From assembly GCA_000025185.1 (NCBI GenBank), contig CP001848.1, forward strand, positions 1,590,001-1,622,000: a DNA stretch of 32,000 nucleotides, written 5' to 3'. The stretch comes from Pirellula staleyi DSM 6068. GTDB taxonomy: Bacteria; Planctomycetota; Planctomycetia; Pirellulales; Pirellulaceae. The notes below the pieces were generated by a model, which had not been told where the DNA came from, made no database searches, and saw nothing but the letters and a program-made list of their open reading frames with translations. Made by a program: the position numbers and the translations under genes. Positions 9,074-16,480 of this stretch are shown here, piece after piece (within the stretch, counting starts at the first letter, position 1; each line of letters opens with the position of its first letter).

Positions 9074-10387
9074 ATGCAAAACTATTTAGGAAAACTGACG
9101 CGGCGATTGCTCCTGGCGCGCTCGGCGACGCTGGGAAGCTGGATGACGGCAGCCACGCTCGCGGGCTCGCTCCGCAGCGGAATTTCCGCCGCCGAATCGA
9201 CTCCGCACGCGCGTCAGCTTCCACAGCGGGCGGGCATTCTCGTCTTCCTTTCGGGAGGGCCCGCGCATCAAGACACGTTCGACCTGAAGCCTGATGCGCC
9301 AGCGGAGTTTCGTGGCCAGTTCCAGCCGATTGCTTCCAAGACTTCAGGCCTGGCGATCTGCGAGCATTTGCCGCGCATCGCAGCGATGACCGACAAGCTC
9401 GCCGTGATCCGCGCGGTGTCGCATAACTTGCCCGATCATGGACTCGGGTCCCGTTATGTCTTGACCGGCAATCGCCCCACCCCGGTGATGCAGTTTCCTT
9501 CGCTCGGCAGCGTGATTAGCAAAGAGCAAACAGGACCTGCCGATCTGCCGCGTTACGTCGCGATCGATCGCGATAACGAGGGGCCCGGTTTTCTTGGCGC
9601 TCAGTTTGGAGCACTCGAAACCGGAGAACACCCGCGCGTCGGGCGACCGTTCTCCATACGCGGCATCACCCTCGAAGAGGGAGTGACGATCGAGCAGTTC
9701 TCCAGGCGTCGTAACCTAGCGCGCGAGGTCGATCAGCTCTTTGCCGGGCTCGAAGATTTAGATGACGAGGTTCGCGCGCTCGATCAATTTTCCGAGCAAG
9801 CGTATCGCATCATCAGCAGCAAGCGGGCCCGCGAGGCATTTGATCTATCGCAAGAAAAACCGACGATTTCTGCACGATTTGGCTCGCACGAGCATAGTCA
9901 AAGCTACTTGCTTGCCGCCCGCTTGATCGAAGCTGGAGTCCGGTTTGTGACCGTGATTGTCGATGGCTGGGACACGCATCAAGCGAACTTCAAAACGCTG
10001 AAGGAAACGCTTCTTCCCTCGCTCGATCAGAATGTGAGTGCCCTGCTCACGACCCTCGGCGATAAGGGTTTACTCGAGACCACCTCGGTGCTGATCACTG
10101 GCGAGTTTGGACGTACCCCCAAAATCAACGGCGGCGCGGGGCGCGATCACTGGGCGCAGGCGATGACCAGTTTGCTCGCCGGTGGCGGGGTGCAAGGTGG
10201 CGCGCTGATCGGCAAGACCGATGCCCGTGCTGCTGAACCTGTGGGGGATAGTTTTTCGCCCGACGATCTCGCGGCGACCTTCTTTCACACGCTCGGTGTG
10301 CCGTCATCGCGCGAGTATCCTTCCGGCACCGGTCGCCCGATCACGCTGGTGCGCGAAGGGAAAGTGATTCGCGAGATTTGCGCTTAG
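9074..10387 (+). CDS. DUF1501 domain protein (sulfatase-fold, Tat signal)
   Basis: 437 aa. N-terminus TRRLLLARSATLGS, then DGWDTHQANF and GEFGRTPKINGGAGRDHW motifs characteristic of DUF1501. It starts 18 nt after the DUF1553 gene. Confidence 0.85.
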   Translation: MQNYLGKLTRRLLLARSATLGSWMTAATLAGSLRSGISAAESTPHARQLPQRAGILVFLSGGPAHQDTFDLKPDAPAEFRGQFQPIASKTSGLAICEHLPRIAAMTDKLAVIRAVSHNLPDHGLGSRYVLTGNRPTPVMQFPSLGSVISKEQTGPADLPRYVAIDRDNEGPGFLGAQFGALETGEHPRVGRPFSIRGITLEEGVTIEQFSRRRNLAREVDQLFAGLEDLDDEVRALDQFSEQAYRIISSKRAREAFDLSQEKPTISARFGSHEHSQSYLLAARLIEAGVRFVTVIVDGWDTHQANFKTLKETLLPSLDQNVSALLTTLGDKGLLETTSVLITGEFGRTPKINGGAGRDHWAQAMTSLLAGGGVQGGALIGKTDARAAEPVGDSFSPDDLAATFFHTLGVPSSREYPSGTGRPITLVREGKVIREICA

Positions 10388-10389
10388 CT

Positions 10390-10406
10390 ACGCAGTTCCA
10401 CTGCGT
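10390..10406. terminator. Short perfect hairpin between convergent genes (possible bidirectional terminator)
   Basis: acgcagt-tcc-actgcgt forms a 7-bp perfect stem between the DUF1501 stop (10387) and the stop of the convergent 98-aa gene (10410). The loop is very short and the T-tract weak. Confidence 0.3.
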
Positions 10407-10409
10407 GGT

Positions 10410-10706
10410 TTATGCCTTCAAGAAAAACGTGTAGATCAGATACATCTCGCCAGCAGTGATGGCGACGCACGCGATCAGGAAGACAGCGATGGGAATGAGG
10501 CCGACGGCGTTGTCGTCGTCCATTTCAAAGAGGACGCGTACTAGCTTGGGTATGAAGATGATTTTGAGAATCGACACGACCGTGTCGTACAAAGTGTCGG
10601 CGGCTCGCGCGCCGGTATCGAATACGATCCAGCCCAGGAATAGATAGACCGGAATGTTGAGGATCACCAGGAGGATCGAGAGAATGATCTGAGTCGACTC
10701 GTCCAT
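10410..10706 (-). CDS. Small integral membrane protein, unknown function
   Basis: 98 aa with three clearly hydrophobic segments (ILSILLVILNIPVYLFLGWIVF; ILKIIFIPKLV; LIPIAVFLIACVAITAG). No recognisable family. Confidence 0.5.
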   Translation of the reverse strand: MDESTQIILSILLVILNIPVYLFLGWIVFDTGARAADTLYDTVVSILKIIFIPKLVRVLFEMDDDNAVGLIPIAVFLIACVAITAGEMYLIYTFFLKA

Positions 10707-10813
10707 ACCAGACTCACGGTGAAAGTTAACAGCTGGTGACGCTTAAATAGTTAGATAAATAGCCTCTAGTGGTGTTAAGTGTAGTTGTTCTGGGTGGTGC
10801 CGGCAAGCGCACG

Positions 10814-10847
10814 AAAAAAAGGCTGAGCAGCTTGCGCCACTCAGCCT
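10814..10847 (-). terminator. Rho-independent terminator of the oxidoreductase gene
   Basis: The minus strand reads aggctgag-tggc-GCAA-gctg-ctcagcct followed by ttttttt. That is a stem of about 12 bp (8 Watson-Crick pairs plus an inner GC/GU extension) with a GNRA tetraloop and a T7 tract, 37 nt downstream of the stop at 10884. Confidence 0.65.
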
Positions 10848-10883
10848 TCTGGATTGATCGGAAACGTCTAGAAAACGCTCGAA

Positions 10884-12080
10884 TTACTTGCGAGCCAGCG
10901 GATGTTTGATCGGCAGGAACGAGCCCCCTTGCTGGCTGCTCGCCACGCACTGCTCGATGAAGTACATCCCTTCCACGCCGTCGTGGATGTTCGGATAAAC
11001 GGTATCCTTCGTCTCGAACGGTTTGCCTTCAGCGCGGAGGATCATCGCGTCGTAAGCAGCGCGATAGATGTTGGCAAACGCCTCGAAAAACGCTTCAGGG
11101 TGTCCGCTCGGCAAACGGCAAGCAGCGCGGCCCATGTCGTTCATGTGCGGCGCGTTCGGATCACGGGTGTAGATCTTGTGAGGCTGTCCGTTCGCGCGTA
11201 CGACCATCGCGTTCGGCTCTTCTTGACGCCACACGAGCGAACCCTTCGTGCCGTCGATTTCGATCCACATGTCGTTCTCGCGACCATGGCTGATCTGCGA
11301 CGCAGTGACCGTTCCCAGCGCGCCGTTTTCGAACTTCACGATCGCGGTGCCGTAGTCGTCGAGCGCTCGCCCCTCTTCAAACGTTTTGAGATGGCAGCTG
11401 ATCGTTTCAGGGAGCAAGCCGGTCATGTAGCGCGCCAGGTTGTAGGCGTGCGTGGCGATGTCGCCGAAACAGCCAGCGATGCCACTCTTCTTGGGATCGG
11501 TCCGCCAGGCAGCCTGCTTTTGATCGCTCAGCTCCAGTCGCGTCCGGAGCCAGCCTTGGATGTAAAACGCGCGGATGGCGTTGATTTCACCGAGCTCGCC
11601 GCTGGCGATCATCTGCCGCGCTTGTCGCACCAGTGGATAGCCGGTGTAGTTGTGGGTGACGGCAAACACCACGCCCGACTTCTTCACCACCTCGGCCAGC
11701 TCTTCAGCCTGCTTCAGGTCAAAAGTCATCGGCTTATCGCAAATGACGTTGAAGCCCGCTTCAGCGGCGGTCTTGGCGATTTCGAAGTGGGTGTGATTGG
11801 GGGTGGCGACCGAAACGAAGTCGATCCGCTGATCGGCTGGCAGGGCGAGTTCCTTCTCGACCAGCTCGTGGATCGAGCCATAGGCCCGGGCGACAGGGAT
11901 ATCGTAATCAGGTGCCGAAGCTTTCGACTTTTCGGCATTGCTCGAGAGGGCACCGGCGACGAGGACCGCGCGGTTATCGAGGACAGCAGCAGTGGCGTGG
12001 ACCCGGCCGATGAACGACCCTTGTCCGCCGCCGCAAAGAGCCATCCGCAGCTTACGGTTGAGGCTTCCGTTGGTGGTCAT
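10884..12080 (-). CDS. Gfo/Idh/MocA family oxidoreductase
   Basis: 398 aa. N-terminal Rossmann motif (MALCGGGQGSFIGRVH), ATPNHTHFEIA and ICDKPMT (an EKP-type motif), and a typical C-terminal alpha/beta domain. Confidence 0.85.
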   Translation of the reverse strand: MTTNGSLNRKLRMALCGGGQGSFIGRVHATAAVLDNRAVLVAGALSSNAEKSKASAPDYDIPVARAYGSIHELVEKELALPADQRIDFVSVATPNHTHFEIAKTAAEAGFNVICDKPMTFDLKQAEELAEVVKKSGVVFAVTHNYTGYPLVRQARQMIASGELGEINAIRAFYIQGWLRTRLELSDQKQAAWRTDPKKSGIAGCFGDIATHAYNLARYMTGLLPETISCHLKTFEEGRALDDYGTAIVKFENGALGTVTASQISHGRENDMWIEIDGTKGSLVWRQEEPNAMVVRANGQPHKIYTRDPNAPHMNDMGRAACRLPSGHPEAFFEAFANIYRAAYDAMILRAEGKPFETKDTVYPNIHDGVEGMYFIEQCVASSQQGGSFLPIKHPLARK

Positions 12081-12240
12081 GGAGAGAGTTTCCTACAGAA
12101 AACGAGACGACAAAAGCGAGCGCGCGAACCGATCGCAAAACGCGATCGATCTAGGGCCGATGTTGTAGCACACCGCCGCCCCCTGCGGCAGATAGTCCCC
12201 CTTCGAGAGCCGATTTTTCGGGCGCTGCTGTTCCGTAGTC

Positions 12241-12390
12241 CCGTAGGTCGGCTACCCCGTAGCCGACAACGAATGCGGCTTCTATTTATTGAGACCGTCG
12301 ATGGGTGAGTGGCAATCAAATCGAGCCCATCATTAATCAGGCGACCATGGAGCGGTTAGACAAGTGTCGGCGAAAGGTGTAGCCGACCTA
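12241..12390. repeat. ~150-bp nested-palindrome repeat element, copy A (diverged centre)
   Basis: The left end cgtaggtcggctac-ccc-gtagccgaca contains a 9-bp hairpin (12247-12267). The right end is gtcggcgaaaggtgtagccgaccta. The terminal 12 nt taggtcggctac are inverted at both ends. The family is shared with 15036-15185 and 16341-16480. Confidence 0.7.
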
Positions 12391-12496
12391 ACAACCTATC
12401 CTGCATCAACATTGGCCATTCGACCACGCTGCACGTGAACGTGAATAGAGAGTCAGGTAGGGGTAGCTACCTACCAACTGAGGTTTAATAATGTTA

Positions 12497-12524
12497 TTGC
12501 ATTTAATTGAAGTGGGGATATAAT
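12497..12524 (+). promoter_or_regulatory. Sigma70-like promoter TTGCAT-16 nt-TATAAT directly abutting the cassette start codon
   Basis: ttgcat is at 12497-12502 and tataat at 12519-12524. The ORF starts at GTG12529/ATG12532, 5-8 nt after the -10 box, which implies a leaderless or near-leaderless transcript. Confidence 0.4.
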
Positions 12525-12528
12525 TTCA

Positions 12529-12891
12529 GTGATGAAGCCAATTATCGGCGACAAAGTCCGGGTAAAAGCGACCAAGGAACGTGGGGTAGTCGAGAGTCTC
12601 GATGGCCGCAAGATACAGGTGCGCCTTGAAACTGGTTTGCTCACACCCGTTACGGAATTGGAGATCACGAACTACAGCATGGCGGCACGCAAGGCTTGGA
12701 AAAGCATGCCGAACCGACGCGTAGGGCGACCGAATGGAACAACAACAACAGACCGTGTTTCCGTGACGCTCCGAATCGACCGTAAGCTTTGGGAAGCGTT
12801 CAAAAGTGCTGAAGAGCGTGGCGCAGTAGCCGATCGCACGGCAACGATTAACAAATGGATTTCAGAGAAACTACGCCAACTCGAAGCGTAA
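12529..12891 (+). CDS. Small protein with a KOW/SH3-like N-terminus and a ribbon-helix-helix-like C-terminus (putative regulator)
   Basis: 120 aa. The N-terminus is [29 protein letters not shown]. The C-terminal [23 protein letters not shown] has the strand-helix pattern of RHH/CopG proteins. It is the first gene of the cassette. Confidence 0.5.
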   Translation: MMKPIIGDKVRVKATKERGVVESLDGRKIQVRLETGLLTPVTELEITNYSMAARKAWKSMPNRRVGRPNGTTTTDRVSVTLRIDRKLWEAFKSAEERGAVADRTATINKWISEKLRQLEA

Positions 12892-12920
12892 ACACGGAAT
12901 GCCTCTCGAAAGGAATGGGG

Positions 12921-13649
12921 ATGGCTCAAAATTCAGGAATCGAATGGACGGAGGCGACTTGGAATCCGACTACGGGATGCACGAAGGTGAGTCCCGGATG
13001 TGCACACTGTTATGCCGAACGCATGGCCCATCGACTGCAAGCGATGGGGCAGCCTCGGTATGACCAAGGATTCGATCTCAAACTCCAAGAAGACATAGTC
13101 GAGTTACCTCTCCAGTGGAAGAAGCCTCGTGTCATTTTCGTCAACTCGATGAGCGACCTATTCCACAAAAAGGTGCCGGATGAGTTTATCCGTCGGTGCT
13201 TTCAGGTAATGAAACAAGCCAGCCAGCATAAGTTTCAAGTCTTGACTAAGCGCCCTGAGCGAGTGGTCGAGCTTGGTAACGAATTGGAATGGGGGGATAA
13301 CGTCTGGATGGGAACTAGCGTTGAGAATGCCACATACCTTCGACGCGTTCGCGTCTTGAAACGAGTACCGGCTAAGATTCGCTTCCTTTCCATCGAGCCG
13401 TTATTGGGAGCGATACCACGATTGCCCTTGAAGGGTATTCACTGGGTCATTGTCGGTGGAGAGTCTGGTCCGCAATCACGTCCAATGAAGCCAGACTGGG
13501 TTAGAAATATCCGAGACCAGTGTGTCGCAGGCGAAGTCCCATTCTTCTTCAAGCAGTGGGGGGCATTTGGTGCCGATGGCGTGCACAGGACGAAGAAAGC
13601 GAACGGACGGGAACTGGATGGTCGAATATGGAGTGAAATGCCATCATGA
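12921..13649 (+). CDS. DUF5131 / phage Gp37-Gp68 family three-Cys-motif protein
   Basis: N-terminus [35 protein letters not shown] (Cys-x6-Cys-x2-Cys), then [10 protein letters not shown] and VIVGGESGP motifs, matching my recollection of PF07505. The ORF is open from 12855. ATG12921 (or ATG12915) was preferred because aagga lies just upstream and it avoids overlap with the previous gene. Confidence 0.8.
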   Translation: MAQNSGIEWTEATWNPTTGCTKVSPGCAHCYAERMAHRLQAMGQPRYDQGFDLKLQEDIVELPLQWKKPRVIFVNSMSDLFHKKVPDEFIRRCFQVMKQASQHKFQVLTKRPERVVELGNELEWGDNVWMGTSVENATYLRRVRVLKRVPAKIRFLSIEPLLGAIPRLPLKGIHWVIVGGESGPQSRPMKPDWVRNIRDQCVAGEVPFFFKQWGAFGADGVHRTKKANGRELDGRIWSEMPS

Positions 13650-14989
13650 GTGATGTACCGCTGTTACCGGGGATGGAGCCATTCGTTGCCGCGAAGCCCC
13701 CGAAGGAAAAAGCGAAAAAGAACAACTCTCAGTACCTCTGGATTCCGGGGGAGGATCCGCCTGAACTAGGTCAACACAGTTTGGCGAAGCATCGGATTCT
13801 TCGGAACTATCTCGAGACTTACGTCGCAATTCTTACCTCCAATCGAGTCGTCGAAAAGCTTAATCTTTCGCTGGTGGACGGGTTTTCTGGCGGAGGGGCA
13901 TATCGAAGCCCAGTGACCGGCGAAAGGATTGCCGGCTCACCCATACTGATGTTGGACGCGATGGCATCGGCAGAAGCAAGGGCGAACGAGGGAAAAACGA
14001 AGCCGTTCAAGATCGACGCCGACTTCTACTTCATCGAGCAACAGAAGCCGACGATTGAGTACCTCACGCATGAGATTAGTGAATGCGAATCCGCTCACGG
14101 AAAACACGAACAGATTCATATACTTCCCGGTAGCTTTGCGCAACACATTGATCGGGTCATCAAAGAGATAAAGTCCAAGGGGCGGCGACATCGCGCCATC
14201 TTTCTGCTCGACCAATACGGCTACACCGATGTCACGCTTGTGAACATTAGGAAGATATTTCGCGAGCTTCCTTTCGCCGAAGTAATTCTCACGTTCGCAG
14301 TCGATTGGCTTGCCGATTTCGTGAACGAGTCAGAGAAGTTCGAATCTGCGCTCCGGAATTTGGAACTATCAGACAAGCGGGACTTGCTTGTGCAGATACG
14401 GCAGCAACACGCGGCTGACTGGCGACCGACGATTCAGCACTTGTTGCATCAACATTTCTATGAGAAAAGCGGGGCTGACTGCTATACGCCATTCTTTATC
14501 AACTCGACTGAATCTCACCGAGCCTATTGGCTGCTGCACTTTTCAAAACACGCAACTGCACGAAATGCAATGGTCGATCTACATTGGAGTATGCAGAATC
14601 ACTTTCAGCATTTTGGCAAAGCGGGTTTCGAAATGCTTCTTGGCTACGATCCAAGTAAAATAAATGATTCTAAAATGCTGCCATTCGATTTCGGCTCGGA
14701 TGCAGCGTCACAAACGCACGAATCTCTGCTCATCGGGCTGCCTGAACGTCTTTCAAGGTTTGGGGAAACGATCTCCTTTAAGCACTTCTTTGAGACGGTG
14801 GTCAATGAAACGCCCGCGACGAAACAGATGATTGCAATAGCTGCTCGACAATTGACAAAGGACCATGAAATCGAAGTTATTAGAGCTGATGGTAAGTTGC
14901 GAAAGAATGGTGTAATTATTCATGACGATGATCTGCTTCGTCTGCCTGCAACCAAGTCACTTTTCCTGCCGAGAAAAGATGATAAATAG
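13646..14989 (+). CDS. tcmP: Three-Cys-motif partner protein (TcmP-like)
   Basis: 447 aa, with its start overlapping the DUF5131 stop (ATGA at 13646-13649). The call rests on the conserved partner position next to a DUF5131 protein and an N-terminal region ([15 protein letters not shown]...[13 protein letters not shown]) that fits my recollection of TIGR04474. It has not been verified by HMM. Confidence 0.65.
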   Translation: MSDVPLLPGMEPFVAAKPPKEKAKKNNSQYLWIPGEDPPELGQHSLAKHRILRNYLETYVAILTSNRVVEKLNLSLVDGFSGGGAYRSPVTGERIAGSPILMLDAMASAEARANEGKTKPFKIDADFYFIEQQKPTIEYLTHEISECESAHGKHEQIHILPGSFAQHIDRVIKEIKSKGRRHRAIFLLDQYGYTDVTLVNIRKIFRELPFAEVILTFAVDWLADFVNESEKFESALRNLELSDKRDLLVQIRQQHAADWRPTIQHLLHQHFYEKSGADCYTPFFINSTESHRAYWLLHFSKHATARNAMVDLHWSMQNHFQHFGKAGFEMLLGYDPSKINDSKMLPFDFGSDAASQTHESLLIGLPERLSRFGETISFKHFFETVVNETPATKQMIAIAARQLTKDHEIEVIRADGKLRKNGVIIHDDDLLRLPATKSLFLPRKDDK

Positions 14990-15035
14990 CGAAGAAAAAC
15001 GTTCCAAGAATCTCATTTCCTAGAAATACTCAATT

Positions 15036-15185
15036 CCGTAGGTCGGTTACCCCGTAGCCGACAACGAATGGAGTTCCCATTTTGAGCGAGCCGAGACTGG
15101 CGATGAATTCGAGCGACGAGCCGAACGGTAGGCTGGCGAGAATGGAGCGCTGAGGGGAATGTCGGCTACGGTGTAGCCGACCTAC
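15036..15185. repeat. ~150-bp nested-palindrome repeat element, copy B (best preserved)
   Basis: The 27-nt terminal inverted repeats cgtaggtcggttaccccgtagccgaca and tgtcggctacggtgtagccgacctacg have 2 mismatches. Each terminus is itself a 9-bp-stem hairpin (gtcggYtac NNN gtagccgac). Confidence 0.75.
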
Positions 15186-15239
15186 GTACTAAGACCTGCG
15201 AACTTGTGAATGTCGCGAGTCGCTTTGCCACTTAAAGGT

Positions 15240-16235
15240 TTACGGCTTGCCTGGCTCGAAGTCGATTTTGCTGTTCACGATCAAGACGTACATGTAATCA
15301 TCGCCATACTTATCAAGCTTCACGCGGCGGCTGAAGATGCCATAGGTCAGTGAGTACGGACCTCCCATCTGTGGTGTTCCGAATACTTTGAGGACATCTC
15401 CGGCCTTGATTCGAGAAGCCTTTTCCTTGGTGAGCGTGAGGGTCACTTTCTGACCCAAGCTCCATTCCGAGTTGATGCTGGCGGTTTCCAGGGGTGGCTC
15501 GACGTAGATGTCATATTGGTTCGTGGAATTTGCTTTAGGCTGAACATCCCGAATCGGGAAACGAAGGGTCCATTTCTGCGATTTCAGCTTGCGATTGACG
15601 TCGGCTAGAACCTTCTCGGTTTGCTCGCTGATGAGTTTGGGCTGCTCGGCGGTGGTCTCCGATTCCTTGATCTCGAGGATAGCAGTGCTGTAATCCGCGC
15701 AGACTGTGAGAATCTCCTGCAGCGTGGACGTAATCAGCTCGGCATTCGTTTTGTCGAGCGAAGCTTTGGAGTGCGCTGCATTTGCGCGGACCCCTTCGAC
15801 CCGAATGGCTGCGAGGAACGTCGTGAGTTCCTGGGTGGCATTTCGGCTTTTCGTTACATTTCCCTCTTCGGCAAGCTGATTGGCCAATACTTCCGCCTCG
15901 ACGACCAGTTTTTCGCGGGCCGCTTTGAAAGTTTCGGCGTACTTGGTGACTGAGGGAGTGAGTGAATCTCGATTGGGGAGTTCGCCGAACTCGCGGAACT
16001 TCTGTTTGGCTTTCAAGAGTTCTCCCACAGCAGTCAGATTTTCTTTATCGACGAAGTGGGCAAGTTCGTCGTCGATTGCGGCGAGGAGCGCTTCGCGCGC
16101 TTCGGCGACTGCCAGTTTGAACTTGAGTTTAGGAAGTTCGATGGCCGAGGGACCATCGTCGGCACGGCAAAAGGAGGTGGAGATTACCGCCAGACAGACT
16201 GCCGCGTGGAGTAGGAAAGAGCGGATCACGATCAC
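15240..16235 (-). CDS. Secreted hypothetical protein (helical N-terminal half, beta-rich C-terminal half)
   Basis: 331 aa with signal peptide MIVIRSFLLHAAVCLAVISTSFCRADD. No recognisable family. Bracketed by repeat copies B and C. Confidence 0.6.
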   Translation of the reverse strand: MIVIRSFLLHAAVCLAVISTSFCRADDGPSAIELPKLKFKLAVAEAREALLAAIDDELAHFVDKENLTAVGELLKAKQKFREFGELPNRDSLTPSVTKYAETFKAAREKLVVEAEVLANQLAEEGNVTKSRNATQELTTFLAAIRVEGVRANAAHSKASLDKTNAELITSTLQEILTVCADYSTAILEIKESETTAEQPKLISEQTEKVLADVNRKLKSQKWTLRFPIRDVQPKANSTNQYDIYVEPPLETASINSEWSLGQKVTLTLTKEKASRIKAGDVLKVFGTPQMGGPYSLTYGIFSRRVKLDKYGDDYMYVLIVNSKIDFEPGKP

Positions 16236-16340
16236 CTCTTCGATAGAACTTTACCAGCCACCTGCACGGATTGGGCAGTATAGTAATTACCAATCGATAG
16301 AGGGGGTGTCAACTCTCGTGTAGGAGTAATTAACAGTCTC

Positions 16341-16480
16341 GTGGAGCGGTAGCCGACAGCAGATTCAGTCATCACTTTGAGCGAGACTTGATCGGCGATC
16401 AATTCAAAACACGAGCCGATCCGGAGGCTCGCGAAAATGGTGCGATGAGAAGAGTGTCAGGTACGTGGTACCTGACGTAC
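16341..16480. repeat. ~150-bp repeat element, copy C (left arm partly missing, right arm diverged)
   Basis: The centre (tttgagcgagacttgatcggcgatcaattcaaaacacgagccgatccggaggctcgcgaaaatggtgcgatgag) aligns with copy B. The right end tgtcaggtacgtggtacctgacgtac keeps the hairpin architecture with a changed stem sequence. Confidence 0.6.

Noticed and set aside
10902-12308. 468-aa ORF on the + strand, the second-longest ORF in this part of the window
   Set aside because: It lies entirely antisense to the well-supported Gfo/Idh/MocA gene. The translation is Arg/Ala/Val-rich low-complexity with no motifs and runs into repeat copy A. This is a typical shadow ORF of a GC-rich gene.
12077-12319. 80-aa minus-strand ORF overlapping the oxidoreductase start and repeat copy A
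   Set aside because: It is an Arg-rich translation that reads through a repeat element with no start context, so it is most likely spurious.
12241-16480. The 150-bp palindromic elements as integron attC sites (cassette array / CALIN)
   Set aside because: Only copy A fortuitously contains RYYYAAC/GTTRRRY-like cores (acctaac). Copies B and C do not. The bracketed genes are on opposite strands, no intI is present, and the termini are near-perfect hairpins rather than attC-type imperfect R/L boxes. This is not fully excluded, and the IntegronFinder attC covariance model would settle it.
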